DNA from: Candidatus Bathyarchaeota archaeon
GTDB lineage: Archaea; Thermoproteota; Bathyarchaeia; Bathyarchaeales; Bathycorpusculaceae
Assembly: GCA_963775685.1 (NCBI GenBank)
Contig: CAVZJV010000014.1
Span: 2,016,001 to 2,080,000 of the forward strand
Length of the DNA stretch: 64,000 nt
Reading direction: 5' to 3'
Part shown: positions 29,953 to 39,718 of the stretch, piece after piece
Numbering within the stretch: the first letter of the stretch is position 1
Layout: the number at the start of each line of letters is the position of its first letter
The notes under the pieces: generated by a model
Seen by the model: only the letters and a program-made list of their open reading frames with translations
The model's database searches: none
Told to the model about the DNA's origin: nothing
Made by a program: the position numbers and the translations under genes

Positions 29953-32830
29953 AATTTTGACAGTTTCAATGACAACTTCAATATTATTAGCACCTAGTGC
30001 TAGCGCACATACGCCTGGATGGAATATTCCTACCTATGCATACATCGTTGCAGCACCTGACCCCGTAGGAGTCGGTCAAGAAGTACACATTTACATGTGG
30101 CTTGACCCCGTTTACGGAGTAGCAGGCGGATCTACTGCAGCCATTGGCACGAATGCTTCTACAGCTAGTGCAGCTTTGACAGCAAACTTTTACAGATTCA
30201 AAAACTACCAGCTCACAATCACAGCCCCTGACGGAACAACCACATCACAAACCTTTGCCACCATAACAGACACCACATCCTCACAATTTACCAGATTCGC
30301 TCCAGACCAAGTCGGCACATACACTTTCAACTTCACATACCCAGGACAAGTCTACGGCGAGAACGGCAACGGCTACGAAAACTCAATACTGATAGGCGAC
30401 TCTTACTTAGGTAGCACGGCATCTACAACTCTTACTGTTCAGCAAGATCCAATACCTGGGCCCTTAGGCAGCTCTCCGCTTCCAACACAGTACTGGACAC
30501 ACCCAATTTACGGCGAAGGCACAGACTGGTGGACAGTCTCCTCTGACTGGCTAGGTTCAGGATCACCCGTTCTAAGCGGCTATACCAGCAACAGGCTCTA
30601 CGTGCCCGACGGCATAGGACCTTTGACCTCTCACGTGATGTGGACACGTCCACTTCAGTTTGGAGGAGTTGTTGGAGGAAACGCATTTGTCGAGGGCGGC
30701 ACTAACCCCAACGGTGCAGTTCAAGGAGTCTCATACTTCGAAGGCAGCTCATACGAACCAAGATTCAGCAATCCAATAATAATCAGCGGCATTCTCTTCT
30801 ACACCGAAGTAATTTCCTTCACAGGTCCCAGCAGTGGACCAACCACGGCTGTTGATCTTCGTACAGGGCAAGTTCTTTGGTCTCGCACCGATGTGGCACC
30901 GCTTTCATTTGGCTATATCTACAATCTTTGGAATGGTGATCAACATGGAACTTTCCCGCCAATACTGTTCACATCCAACTTTGGCAGAGCTTATGATGCA
31001 TACACAGGCGAGCAGTTGTTTAACGTAACTGGTGTTCCTTCAGGCACCTCGGTGTCTGGTCCAACTGGTGAGCAGATACGTTATGTTATAAGAAACGCTG
31101 GCACAAACAATAATCCGCAATGGTATTTGTCTGAGTGGAACTCTAGCAAACTCTGGCAGTACGATGTCAACCCCTACACTGGCGGTGGAAGCTTTAACCC
31201 ATCCGTTATAAACGCAAGCAACCTGGTAATAATTTCAAATATTCCGGCTAATCCAAATACATCCGGCTCAGGCACGAGACCAACTTCAACCGGTGGAGTA
31301 TCTAACCCAGTTTATTATGGTGATACAATCGAAGTCAATGCAGACATTCCGATTAACATTACAACTATTGGAGGGCAACGCGGCGGAGTTGGTGTTGCCG
31401 GTCAAGGCATAACAACATACGACTGGAACTATTCACTACCCTGGCTAAACACAATGCCCCTAGCACCAACCTACAGCACAACAACAGGAGAAGTAACATT
31501 GCCACCTAAGGGATCAAATCCTGTATCGGTGATCGCAGCTAGCTATGGCGATGTGATGCTCTGCAGAAACGGCTCACTACCCGTTGGATATAAGGGAAAT
31601 AGCAATGGCGGCTTGCAGCTTCCTTACACGATGTTCACTGTTAACCTCAACGCCTCACGCGGAGCTGTCGGCTCGATACTTTGGATGAAAACATACGACC
31701 CCGTACAAGGCAACATCACCTACGCAAATGGCGCAGTCGATTTCCAGAACCGTGTCTTCTACTTTAACTATGAGGAAACACTCAATTGGGTAGCCTACAG
31801 TTTGGACAATGGCAACCTCCTATACACAACTCCGCGTCAAGCAGACTTTGACTACTACGGTGTGGGCAACACTATGCTAAGTGTTCCAGCTTACGGCAAC
31901 CTCTACACCAGCGGATTCTCAGGCACATGCTACGCATACAATATCGTAACAGGCCAACTGCAGTGGACATGGGGCAACGGCGGCGAAGGCAACAGCACAA
32001 ACGCTGGCCTATCTCTCTCATATGGGCATTATCCAACGTTTATTCAATCGATTGCTGGCGGTGTAATCTACTTGGCAACAAATGAACACACCATACCAAA
32101 TCCACTCTACAAGGGCACTACATATACTGCTCTTAACGCATCTACTGGCGAGTTGATTTGGCAGCTTTCTGGCTATCCCAGTGAGTGGTCTACTCCTGGT
32201 AGTGCTTGGGCTGTTGCAGACGGCTATTTGACATGCATGAACGGCTTGGATAACAACATCTACAGCATCGGCAAAGGACCCAGTGCAATGACAGTTTCAG
32301 CTCCAGACCTATCGGCAGCCTCAGGACAGGCAGTGGTGATACATGGCGCAGTGACGGATATTTCGGCAGGTACAAAGCAGAGCCAGCAGGCAGCAGACTT
32401 TCCAGCGGGTGTTCCAGTTGCAGCTGACTCTATCATGAAAGACTGGATGGGCTATGTCTATCAGCAGAAGGCGCTTCCTAGCAACTTTATTGGCGTTGAT
32501 GTTACAATAAATGTTGTTGATGCAAACGGAAACTTTAGAAGTATTGGAACAGCAACAACCGACTACACTGGCGCATATAATCTAGTGTGGCAACCAGACA
32601 TTTCAGGCACATACAATGTTATTGCTACTTTTGCAGGCACCAACGCTTACTGGCCATCATCTGCAACTGCGGCGTTTAATGTAATGGAGGAGCATCCGAC
32701 TTTATCGCCCTCGCCTACTCTGGCGCCGTCTATGTCTGATCAATACTTCCTACCGGCAATTGCAGGGCTATTTGTCTTTGTAGCTGTAATTGGCGTTGTC
32801 ATAATCTTAGTGCTAAGAAAACGGCCATAA
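29909..32830 (+). CDS. Large secreted anchored beta-propeller surface protein, paralog B
   Basis: Same architecture as 5443 (signal peptide, YWTHPIY, propeller, FPAGVP..WMGYVYQQ, TM helix ending RKRP). Confidence 0.85.
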   Translation: MQKIKNRTMAILIVAILTVSMTTSILLAPSASAHTPGWNIPTYAYIVAAPDPVGVGQEVHIYMWLDPVYGVAGGSTAAIGTNASTASAALTANFYRFKNYQLTITAPDGTTTSQTFATITDTTSSQFTRFAPDQVGTYTFNFTYPGQVYGENGNGYENSILIGDSYLGSTASTTLTVQQDPIPGPLGSSPLPTQYWTHPIYGEGTDWWTVSSDWLGSGSPVLSGYTSNRLYVPDGIGPLTSHVMWTRPLQFGGVVGGNAFVEGGTNPNGAVQGVSYFEGSSYEPRFSNPIIISGILFYTEVISFTGPSSGPTTAVDLRTGQVLWSRTDVAPLSFGYIYNLWNGDQHGTFPPILFTSNFGRAYDAYTGEQLFNVTGVPSGTSVSGPTGEQIRYVIRNAGTNNNPQWYLSEWNSSKLWQYDVNPYTGGGSFNPSVINASNLVIISNIPANPNTSGSGTRPTSTGGVSNPVYYGDTIEVNADIPINITTIGGQRGGVGVAGQGITTYDWNYSLPWLNTMPLAPTYSTTTGEVTLPPKGSNPVSVIAASYGDVMLCRNGSLPVGYKGNSNGGLQLPYTMFTVNLNASRGAVGSILWMKTYDPVQGNITYANGAVDFQNRVFYFNYEETLNWVAYSLDNGNLLYTTPRQADFDYYGVGNTMLSVPAYGNLYTSGFSGTCYAYNIVTGQLQWTWGNGGEGNSTNAGLSLSYGHYPTFIQSIAGGVIYLATNEHTIPNPLYKGTTYTALNASTGELIWQLSGYPSEWSTPGSAWAVADGYLTCMNGLDNNIYSIGKGPSAMTVSAPDLSAASGQAVVIHGAVTDISAGTKQSQQAADFPAGVPVAADSIMKDWMGYVYQQKALPSNFIGVDVTINVVDANGNFRSIGTATTDYTGAYNLVWQPDISGTYNVIATFAGTNAYWPSSATAAFNVMEEHPTLSPSPTLAPSMSDQYFLPAIAGLFVFVAVIGVVIILVLRKRP

Positions 32831-32953
32831 ACAAACCAAGTGGATAAAAAACCACTTCCCTCTTTATTTTTTTGTTTATTTTCCATAGTTTTTCAAACGG
32901 TATATTAATCCCAAAAACCCACACTACTTCAAGTTACTCTCAACTTAGGTGTT

Positions 32954-33769
32954 ATGATGCTTAAAGCCCAATCCTTAGAAGACCAAATTCACCAAGCAAA
33001 CGTTGCAGTCCACCGCTTTGAAGCACCATACTATGAGCTTCTCCACCCTGAGGTTTACAGCAGGCAAGAACAAAGAAGAATTACCGCCAAACTGAAAGCA
33101 GTTGACCAACAAATTGGAGACAACCAACGAAATGTCCTTGACGTAGGCGCGGGAACAGGCAACTTAACTGGGAAACTCCTGCAGATGGGCTATAGTGTGA
33201 CGGCAACGGATATTTCGCCTGAAATGTGTGCGGTTCTAAAAAAAAAGTATGCTCGCTACTTGCAAGATAAATTGACAGTGATTAACTCGCCTATAGAGGA
33301 CCTGAGTTTCGGCATGGGCGAGTTTGACTTGATAACATTTTATTCTGTGCTTCATCATTTGCCCGACTATTCTTCGGCTCTTTGCACTATTTGCGGATAC
33401 CTGAAAAAGAGCGGCGTAATGTACATAGACCACGAGGCATCCCCTTTCTACTGGAAGGGCGAGCCAAGCATACTTGCTAGCTTAGTTAAAGGAATATATT
33501 TTCATTCGAACCCCCTGATCAACAGCCTTTACTTCCGGTTTATTGACTTAAAAGTTCCCACTATTGATTATACACTGTCAGATTACTGGCACAAAAAAGA
33601 ACATGCCCTAAACCACCAAGCCGTAGCCCAAGTCTTTAAACAAAAAGGTTTTGAGTTTTCTAACCGAACAGATTACTATCAACACGCCACCTGGATTCCA
33701 AACCCGCTGTTTCCGCTTTATCAGCTTTTGTGCAGACCTGAAATGAGTTATTGGATAGCAAAAAAATAG
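32954..33769 (+). CDS. Class I SAM-dependent methyltransferase
   Basis: VLDVGAGTG, DISPEM, FDLI..SVLHHLPD. Confidence 0.88.
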   Translation: MMLKAQSLEDQIHQANVAVHRFEAPYYELLHPEVYSRQEQRRITAKLKAVDQQIGDNQRNVLDVGAGTGNLTGKLLQMGYSVTATDISPEMCAVLKKKYARYLQDKLTVINSPIEDLSFGMGEFDLITFYSVLHHLPDYSSALCTICGYLKKSGVMYIDHEASPFYWKGEPSILASLVKGIYFHSNPLINSLYFRFIDLKVPTIDYTLSDYWHKKEHALNHQAVAQVFKQKGFEFSNRTDYYQHATWIPNPLFPLYQLLCRPEMSYWIAKK

Positions 33770-33783
33770 TCGGCAAACAAGGT

Positions 33784-34869
33784 TTATCGGAAATCTGATT
33801 GCGCCTTTTCCAGCATGCTTACGACGGGTAACTGGTATGGGCATTTTACTTCACATTCATAACACTTAATGCATCTGTCGGCTTTAACTTCTAAACCGTT
33901 GTAGAGTTTTTTAGCCCACCCCTTCAAGTGATAGACCTGAAAGAGCGAATGGAAACGTAGTATGGCTGCTATGTTGAGGTTTTGGGGGCACGGCAGGCAT
34001 TGTCCACAGTCTTGACAATAGTTTGTCCCAAGAATAAAGTTGAAACGTTCTTTTTCTTTAGCTGTCAATCCAGCGTAATGTTCGCCGGCTTTAGCTGCGA
34101 TTTCAACTTCGCCTATGGATCTTAATCCTGGAATAACAGAGGAGACATCCTGCGACAGAACATACATTAATGCGCTGTTAACCATCTCGTCGCTGCTTTG
34201 ACCCAGTACCGTTTTGAGTTCTGGCTCATCCGAAACCAACGAAAGCGAAGGACTGTAAAGACACGTTATCAGGGTTGATGTTTTGGCTGACAGCGACTTC
34301 ATCACCACAACGCCAACATCTTGCGCCTTTGAAGCAGGTAACAGCTCCTCTAACGCCTGTCTAGTTACAACGTTAAGCGGCACCAAAACCGTGTCAAATT
34401 CGCCGCTCAAAACTGCCCTATTTAGAACCCGCGGTTTGTGCCCCGTAATGCCGATAAAATCCACCAGCCCCTGCTTGCGTGCTTCTTTGCAGGTTTGCAG
34501 CGAACCATCCTCGCTCATGGCTTTAGCAAGGGTTTTCTCGTCATCAATTCCATGAAGCTGAATGATATCCAGCCTGTCGGTTTGGAGTCGTCTTAAACTT
34601 TGTTCAAAATCTTCAAGGGATTCCTTTTTAGTTCTTGCACCCGTCTTGGTGGCGATGACGCATTGGTCTCTAACATCTTGCAGAGCTGCGCCGATTTTTT
34701 CTTCGCTGTCCCCATCAAGTTTTGCAGTGTCAAAGTAGTTAATGCCTAAATCAAAAGCTTTTCTTACAACTCTAACCGCTTCAAGGGTAGTGAGCTCGGA
34801 TATCCATGTTCCACCAAACCCTACGACTGAGACTTGGAGGTTTGTTTTTCCAAGTCTTCTCTTCTGCAA
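33784..34869 (-). CDS. Aldo/keto reductase with a C-terminal 4Fe-4S dicluster domain
   Basis: RRLGKTNLQVSVVGFG, GINYFDTA, IATK, QLHG; CQDCGQCLPCP and CIKCYECEVKCP. Confidence 0.9.
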   Translation of the reverse strand: MQKRRLGKTNLQVSVVGFGGTWISELTTLEAVRVVRKAFDLGINYFDTAKLDGDSEEKIGAALQDVRDQCVIATKTGARTKKESLEDFEQSLRRLQTDRLDIIQLHGIDDEKTLAKAMSEDGSLQTCKEARKQGLVDFIGITGHKPRVLNRAVLSGEFDTVLVPLNVVTRQALEELLPASKAQDVGVVVMKSLSAKTSTLITCLYSPSLSLVSDEPELKTVLGQSSDEMVNSALMYVLSQDVSSVIPGLRSIGEVEIAAKAGEHYAGLTAKEKERFNFILGTNYCQDCGQCLPCPQNLNIAAILRFHSLFQVYHLKGWAKKLYNGLEVKADRCIKCYECEVKCPYQLPVVSMLEKAQSDFR

Positions 34870-34879
34870 TCCGATGCAT

Positions 34880-36304
34880 CTACGCTATACCTATGGCTTT
34901 CCGCGTTCCACCTGTGAGTCTTCGTTTCGCAAAGTTTAGGGCGCCTTCCCGGCGGACACGTTTAAGAATCTGCTTTGGGGTCATGTTGAACTCTTTGAAG
35001 AACCGCCGTTGAACCGCCATAAGTGAATTGTAGTCGTACTCGTCGGTTTTTACGCTCAATAAAAACTCGTCTAACTGGTCGTATTTTTTGGATTCTAAAA
35101 CTTCTTGGTATAGTTTGCTGTCTGGGTTGGCTATGAAAACGTTAAAGATACACCAGTCTGGGTTTAATTTCTTAGCGAACTTGAGCGAGGCTTCCATGTC
35201 CTTCAAGGTTTCATCGGGGACACCTAGCATGAAAGAGCAGGCGGTTTTTATGTCGTTTTTGCGGCAGAGCTTAAACGCGTTCTCTATTTGCTTCAGCTTT
35301 GTGTCTCTACCTATACGCTTGAGAACTTTCTCTGAGCCAGATTCAACGCCAAACCAAATGGTTTTGCATCCAGCTCTCTTCATCGCGACCAAAAGATCTT
35401 GATCGACCAAATCCACGCGGGTGTCGCAAACCCATTCCAAATCAAGCTTTTCCTTCACCATCAAGTCGCAGAGTTCAAGGGTTTGTTTTCTTCTGAGGGT
35501 AAAGTTATCGTTTATGAAGTAGATGCCTTTTGTGCCGTATTTGCTTTGCAGATCCTTTATTTCGCCGATGACTCTTTGAGGACTGAACCCTCGGCAGATG
35601 TTTCCCCAGAGCTTTTTGGTTTCGCAGAAACCGCAGTGATAGACACATCCGCGGCTGATGCTCATGACGTCGGCGGGTTTAACGTTTAAGTATTCGATTG
35701 TGCGGTCGTAGAGTTCAAGCGGCAACAGGGTCCTTGCAGGGTATGGAATTTCGTCCATGTTTTCTATGAATTTGGGCGGATTTTTGATGTTAACTCCTGC
35801 ACGCCTGTAAGCTACGCCTGGGATTGAGATGGTGGCGGCAGATTCAGCGCCATTTACGATGCAGGTGGCAAGCTCTGTAACTGCTCTCTCGCCTTCACCC
35901 ATAACTACATAATCAATCTCTGGGTTATCGAGTAAACTATCAGGCACATAAGAAGCATGCCATCCTCCTACAACTATTCTGGAGGTTGGCAAAGCCTCTT
36001 TTATGGCTCGAGCCGTTTCTATGCAACGTCGATAGGTGGCTGAACCACAAGTAATTCCGACAATTGTCGGATTTGTCTTTCTGACTAATTGCTTGACTTC
36101 TTCAATCGGCTTCTTCATGAGGTAGTTGTCGAGCATCTGAACTTGAAAACCTGCTTTTTCGAGTGCAGCAGCAACATACATTAAGCCGATGGGAGGTAAC
36201 CGTTTGCCAAGATACCATGCGCCGTTTTCAGGCGGGGCTGTAGTCATGAGCAGGATGTTTTTGTTTTCATTTTCAATACCCTGTTTGTTGGTTTTGGTAG
36301 CCAC
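34880..36304 (-). CDS. B12-binding radical SAM protein (pair III-b)
   Basis: LLMTTAPPE, PPIGLMYVAAAL, GGWHAS, SRGCVYHCGFC, GVESG. Confidence 0.9.
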   Translation of the reverse strand: MATKTNKQGIENENKNILLMTTAPPENGAWYLGKRLPPIGLMYVAAALEKAGFQVQMLDNYLMKKPIEEVKQLVRKTNPTIVGITCGSATYRRCIETARAIKEALPTSRIVVGGWHASYVPDSLLDNPEIDYVVMGEGERAVTELATCIVNGAESAATISIPGVAYRRAGVNIKNPPKFIENMDEIPYPARTLLPLELYDRTIEYLNVKPADVMSISRGCVYHCGFCETKKLWGNICRGFSPQRVIGEIKDLQSKYGTKGIYFINDNFTLRRKQTLELCDLMVKEKLDLEWVCDTRVDLVDQDLLVAMKRAGCKTIWFGVESGSEKVLKRIGRDTKLKQIENAFKLCRKNDIKTACSFMLGVPDETLKDMEASLKFAKKLNPDWCIFNVFIANPDSKLYQEVLESKKYDQLDEFLLSVKTDEYDYNSLMAVQRRFFKEFNMTPKQILKRVRREGALNFAKRRLTGGTRKAIGIA

Positions 36305-36395
36305 GGCTTTGCCTCTGTGCGATTGAGTGTTATTACTTTTTGATGATATGCGTGTTTATAGCTTTAACGGAACACAACTATGCTTTTGGTTTTGC

Positions 36396-36623
36396 CTAGC
36401 ATTTTGCTGTTAAGGTCTGAAAACTCTCATCTTTGACATTGTCTGCAGTCTCTGGAAACTCATGGACTGTTGATATATACTGTTGCATAGTTGGCATTAT
36501 CTCTCTCGGAAATTTTTCTTGAGCTAATTTCAATCTACGTTGTTTCCGGATACTATGTTTCATTTCGTAGAGAAAAAGATTGTTCAATTGTATGACCATC
36601 CCTGATAACAATAGCACTTGCAT
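36396..36623 (-). CDS. Possible small hypothetical protein
   Basis: 75-aa ATG-initiated ORF in an otherwise empty intergenic region; no motif recognised. Confidence 0.3.
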   Translation of the reverse strand: MQVLLLSGMVIQLNNLFLYEMKHSIRKQRRLKLAQEKFPREIMPTMQQYISTVHEFPETADNVKDESFQTLTAKC

Positions 36624-36931
36624 ATGTTTTTTCTAATAGTGTCTTTGGTTAGGTTTATTTTTTTGAGGCTTTGCGCTTGGGCTTCCTTAATTTGTACCTG
36701 TTAGGACTTATGTGCATCCAGTACTTGCTTTTTTCATTGTAGTTTACTGGTTTACTTATGTCTTGTTTCAGAAGACAAAAATTGAGGATATTGTGGCTTT
36801 TAGATTGTAAAAAAGGCAAAATTATCGCATATATTGCGCAGTTTGGCATAAATCTTATATGCACAAGCGCGGATTAATTTGCAAGATAACCAAGTTAAAA
36901 ATAAGTTAGTTATCTTTAAAAATTAAAGGAA

Positions 36932-39484
36932 ATGAAAAATAAAATGAAATATAGCAAAATATTTGCAACCTTGATAATATTGGCTTTTATGATTTCAATC
37001 GTTCCAATAACACAAGTTAAAGCACAGACAGCAGTAACTACATTAAAAACCTACCCAGTGTGCGATGCTGTTCCAGACCCGGTAGGTCTCGGACAGGACG
37101 TACTGGTAAAATTCGGAATTCTACAGCAGGCAGGCGCCGTTGAGCAAGGCTGGACGGGTGTAACTGTAACTGTTGTTAAACCTGATAACACCACAGAAAC
37201 ACTTGGGCCATTCAGAACAGATTCAACAGGGTCATCCTTTACATTATACACACCTGACCAAGTTGGCACATACTACTTAACGACACACTTCCCTGAACAA
37301 ACAAACCCCGTTGGCTTCTTCAGCTATGAAGCAAATGTGTTCATAGCCGAAGGCACGATAATGGCAGCAAGTACTAGTGCAACTGTAACCCTTAATGTAC
37401 AGCAGGAACCTTTGACGGATTATCCAGGGCATGCTCTTCCAACAGAATACTGGACTCGACCAATTGATGACCAGCTTAGGGAATGGTATTCAATCTCAGG
37501 AAACTGGGTTGGCGTACCTGACGCTAACAATAATTATTGGGTAAGCAATGGTCTCTACAACGATGATGCGCCAGAAACTGCTCACGTTCTATGGGCAAAC
37601 CCATTGACTACAGGCGGATTAACCGGAGGCCTAATAGGCGACCCGTTAGTTCCAGCAGGCTCTGAAACAGGCGATGCATACGAAGGCAAATTCCCAGGAT
37701 CAATAATATTGAATGGAATACTCTACTACCAGCGAACAGACACAAGAGCTGAACAAGCACCAGCAATAATTGCAGTAGATCTACACACTGGAGAACAATG
37801 GATGTTCAGAAACAATACTGTACTATCATTCGGTCAAATCTTCTACTTCAACAGCTACAACTCTGACGGAGTATTCACTTATGTCTGGTCAGTATCTGGC
37901 AGCACTTATACCGCATATGATCCATTCACCGGCAATCAGCAAATAGAAATTAAGAACGTACCTTCTGGCGTTAGAACATACGGTCCAAGCGGCGAGATCC
38001 TCATTTACATAATGGACTACACAAACGGATGGATGGCTCTCTGGAACTCAACCGATTGCGGACTTCAGAATGCAGTTATCGGCACTCCTGATTACGGCAG
38101 CTGGGGCAACACAGCTCACGGAACCGCATTGGGACCCGGATTAGACGGCGCAAACCCAAGATGCATCACATGGAACGTATCTATACCCGCAGGATTATCA
38201 GCTAGCACTTCATTCTTCGCACCAATATTGAAGGTCTATCCCGATAGAGTAATGTCCATGGTCTTCAATCAATCACAAGTCGAAGTATGGGCATTAAGTA
38301 CAACCGCAGGTTCAAGAGGACACTTATTATTCGACAAAACCTGGCAAGCACCAGCTGAATGGGTAGAAGGTTCCAACACTATAAACTATGTTGGCGCAAC
38401 TAGCCAAGTCGCAAATGGCGTTATCGCCTTATGGGACAAAGAACTACAAAAACACTATGCGTTCAGTACAGAAACTGGCGATTACCTCTGGCAAACAGAC
38501 TCTGAAATCTACTTAGATGCTTATGGCTGGGGCAACGCAGAGCACACATGGTACTTCGCATATGACCACTTGTATTCAGTCGGCGTTGGCGGAATAGTCT
38601 ATGCTTACAATCTCGCAACAGGCCACACAGATTGGACTTATGCAATGTCAGATCCATATAATGAACCTGTAACAGGCGAGAACTGGTGGGGCTGGATAGA
38701 TCTAATTACAGATGGAAAAATCTATGTCGGCACACTAGAGCACTCCGCTGAGAATCCAATACCACGTGGCGGACCCTACATATGTCTTAATGCAACAGAC
38801 GGCTCTGTTATCTGGCGAGTCAACGGAATGTTCCGAGAAACCCGCTGGGGCGGTAACGGAATCATCGGTGACAGCATCATAACTACAATGGACACATATG
38901 ATCAAAGAGTATACGCAATCGGCAAAGGTCCAACCGCCATTACGCTTGCAGCTTCACCGAAGGTTTCAGTAGAAGGCAGCAGCATTTTAGTGGAAGGCAT
39001 GGTAACTGACACTTCTCCAGGCACAGAGAAATACGCTGCTACATCAAGATTCCCGAACGGTGTTCCAGCAGTTTCAGACGAAAGCATGAGCGATTGGATG
39101 CTATACGTATACAAACAGTTTGATCGTCCAAACAATGCAACTGGCGTTTCAGTATCCATAGATGTTTTAGATGCTAACGGCAACTTTAGAAACGTCGGCA
39201 CAACAACAAGCGACTCTACCGGTTCATATAGTTTCAGTTGGATACCTGACATTCCAGGAAAATACACAGTTTTCGCTACCTTCGCTGGCTCGAAAGCTTA
39301 TTATGCATCATCAACTGAAAGCGCCTTCGTTGTCGACGTAGCACCACAAGCAACCGCAGCACCAACTGAACATCCAGCATCTATGGCTGATCAGTACTTC
39401 CTGCCACTATCAATTGGTATGATATTGGCAATAATAGTCATCGGCCTAATCCTTGCACTTCTGCTGCTAAGGAAACGACCATAA
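36932..39484 (+). CDS. Large secreted anchored beta-propeller surface protein, paralog C
   Basis: Same architecture (LPTEYWTRPI, RFPNGVPAVSDESMSDWMLYVYKQ, TM helix ending RKRP). Confidence 0.85.
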   Translation: MKNKMKYSKIFATLIILAFMISIVPITQVKAQTAVTTLKTYPVCDAVPDPVGLGQDVLVKFGILQQAGAVEQGWTGVTVTVVKPDNTTETLGPFRTDSTGSSFTLYTPDQVGTYYLTTHFPEQTNPVGFFSYEANVFIAEGTIMAASTSATVTLNVQQEPLTDYPGHALPTEYWTRPIDDQLREWYSISGNWVGVPDANNNYWVSNGLYNDDAPETAHVLWANPLTTGGLTGGLIGDPLVPAGSETGDAYEGKFPGSIILNGILYYQRTDTRAEQAPAIIAVDLHTGEQWMFRNNTVLSFGQIFYFNSYNSDGVFTYVWSVSGSTYTAYDPFTGNQQIEIKNVPSGVRTYGPSGEILIYIMDYTNGWMALWNSTDCGLQNAVIGTPDYGSWGNTAHGTALGPGLDGANPRCITWNVSIPAGLSASTSFFAPILKVYPDRVMSMVFNQSQVEVWALSTTAGSRGHLLFDKTWQAPAEWVEGSNTINYVGATSQVANGVIALWDKELQKHYAFSTETGDYLWQTDSEIYLDAYGWGNAEHTWYFAYDHLYSVGVGGIVYAYNLATGHTDWTYAMSDPYNEPVTGENWWGWIDLITDGKIYVGTLEHSAENPIPRGGPYICLNATDGSVIWRVNGMFRETRWGGNGIIGDSIITTMDTYDQRVYAIGKGPTAITLAASPKVSVEGSSILVEGMVTDTSPGTEKYAATSRFPNGVPAVSDESMSDWMLYVYKQFDRPNNATGVSVSIDVLDANGNFRNVGTTTSDSTGSYSFSWIPDIPGKYTVFATFAGSKAYYASSTESAFVVDVAPQATAAPTEHPASMADQYFLPLSIGMILAIIVIGLILALLLLRKRP

Positions 39485-39559
39485 AAACAATCCACTACAA
39501 ACAACTCTTCCCTTTTTTTAGTCTCAACATCTTTTAGAAAATTTGAAGAACAGGTAGGG

Positions 39560-39655
39560 GCTGAGAAGGCTCCGGCAACAATTAACGAAATAGCCATAGT
39601 AAAAGAGCTTTTGCATTTTCGCTCTTTCTCCTTGAATTTAGTCCAGAGCCTCAGC
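39560..39655. ncRNA. Structured repeat element, copy 2 (candidate regulatory RNA)
   Basis: Closing stem GCTGA..GGCTCCGG / CCAGAGCC.TCAGC. Hairpin AAAGAGC/GCTCTTT (39602-08/39621-27) with loop TTTTGCATTTTC. Homologous to 8108-8210. Confidence 0.7.
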
Positions 39656-39718
39656 AAATCCAAACACAAAAACAAAAGCGTCAATTGGCTTCCTAACTAA
39701 CTTATGGTTTCTTCTGAC

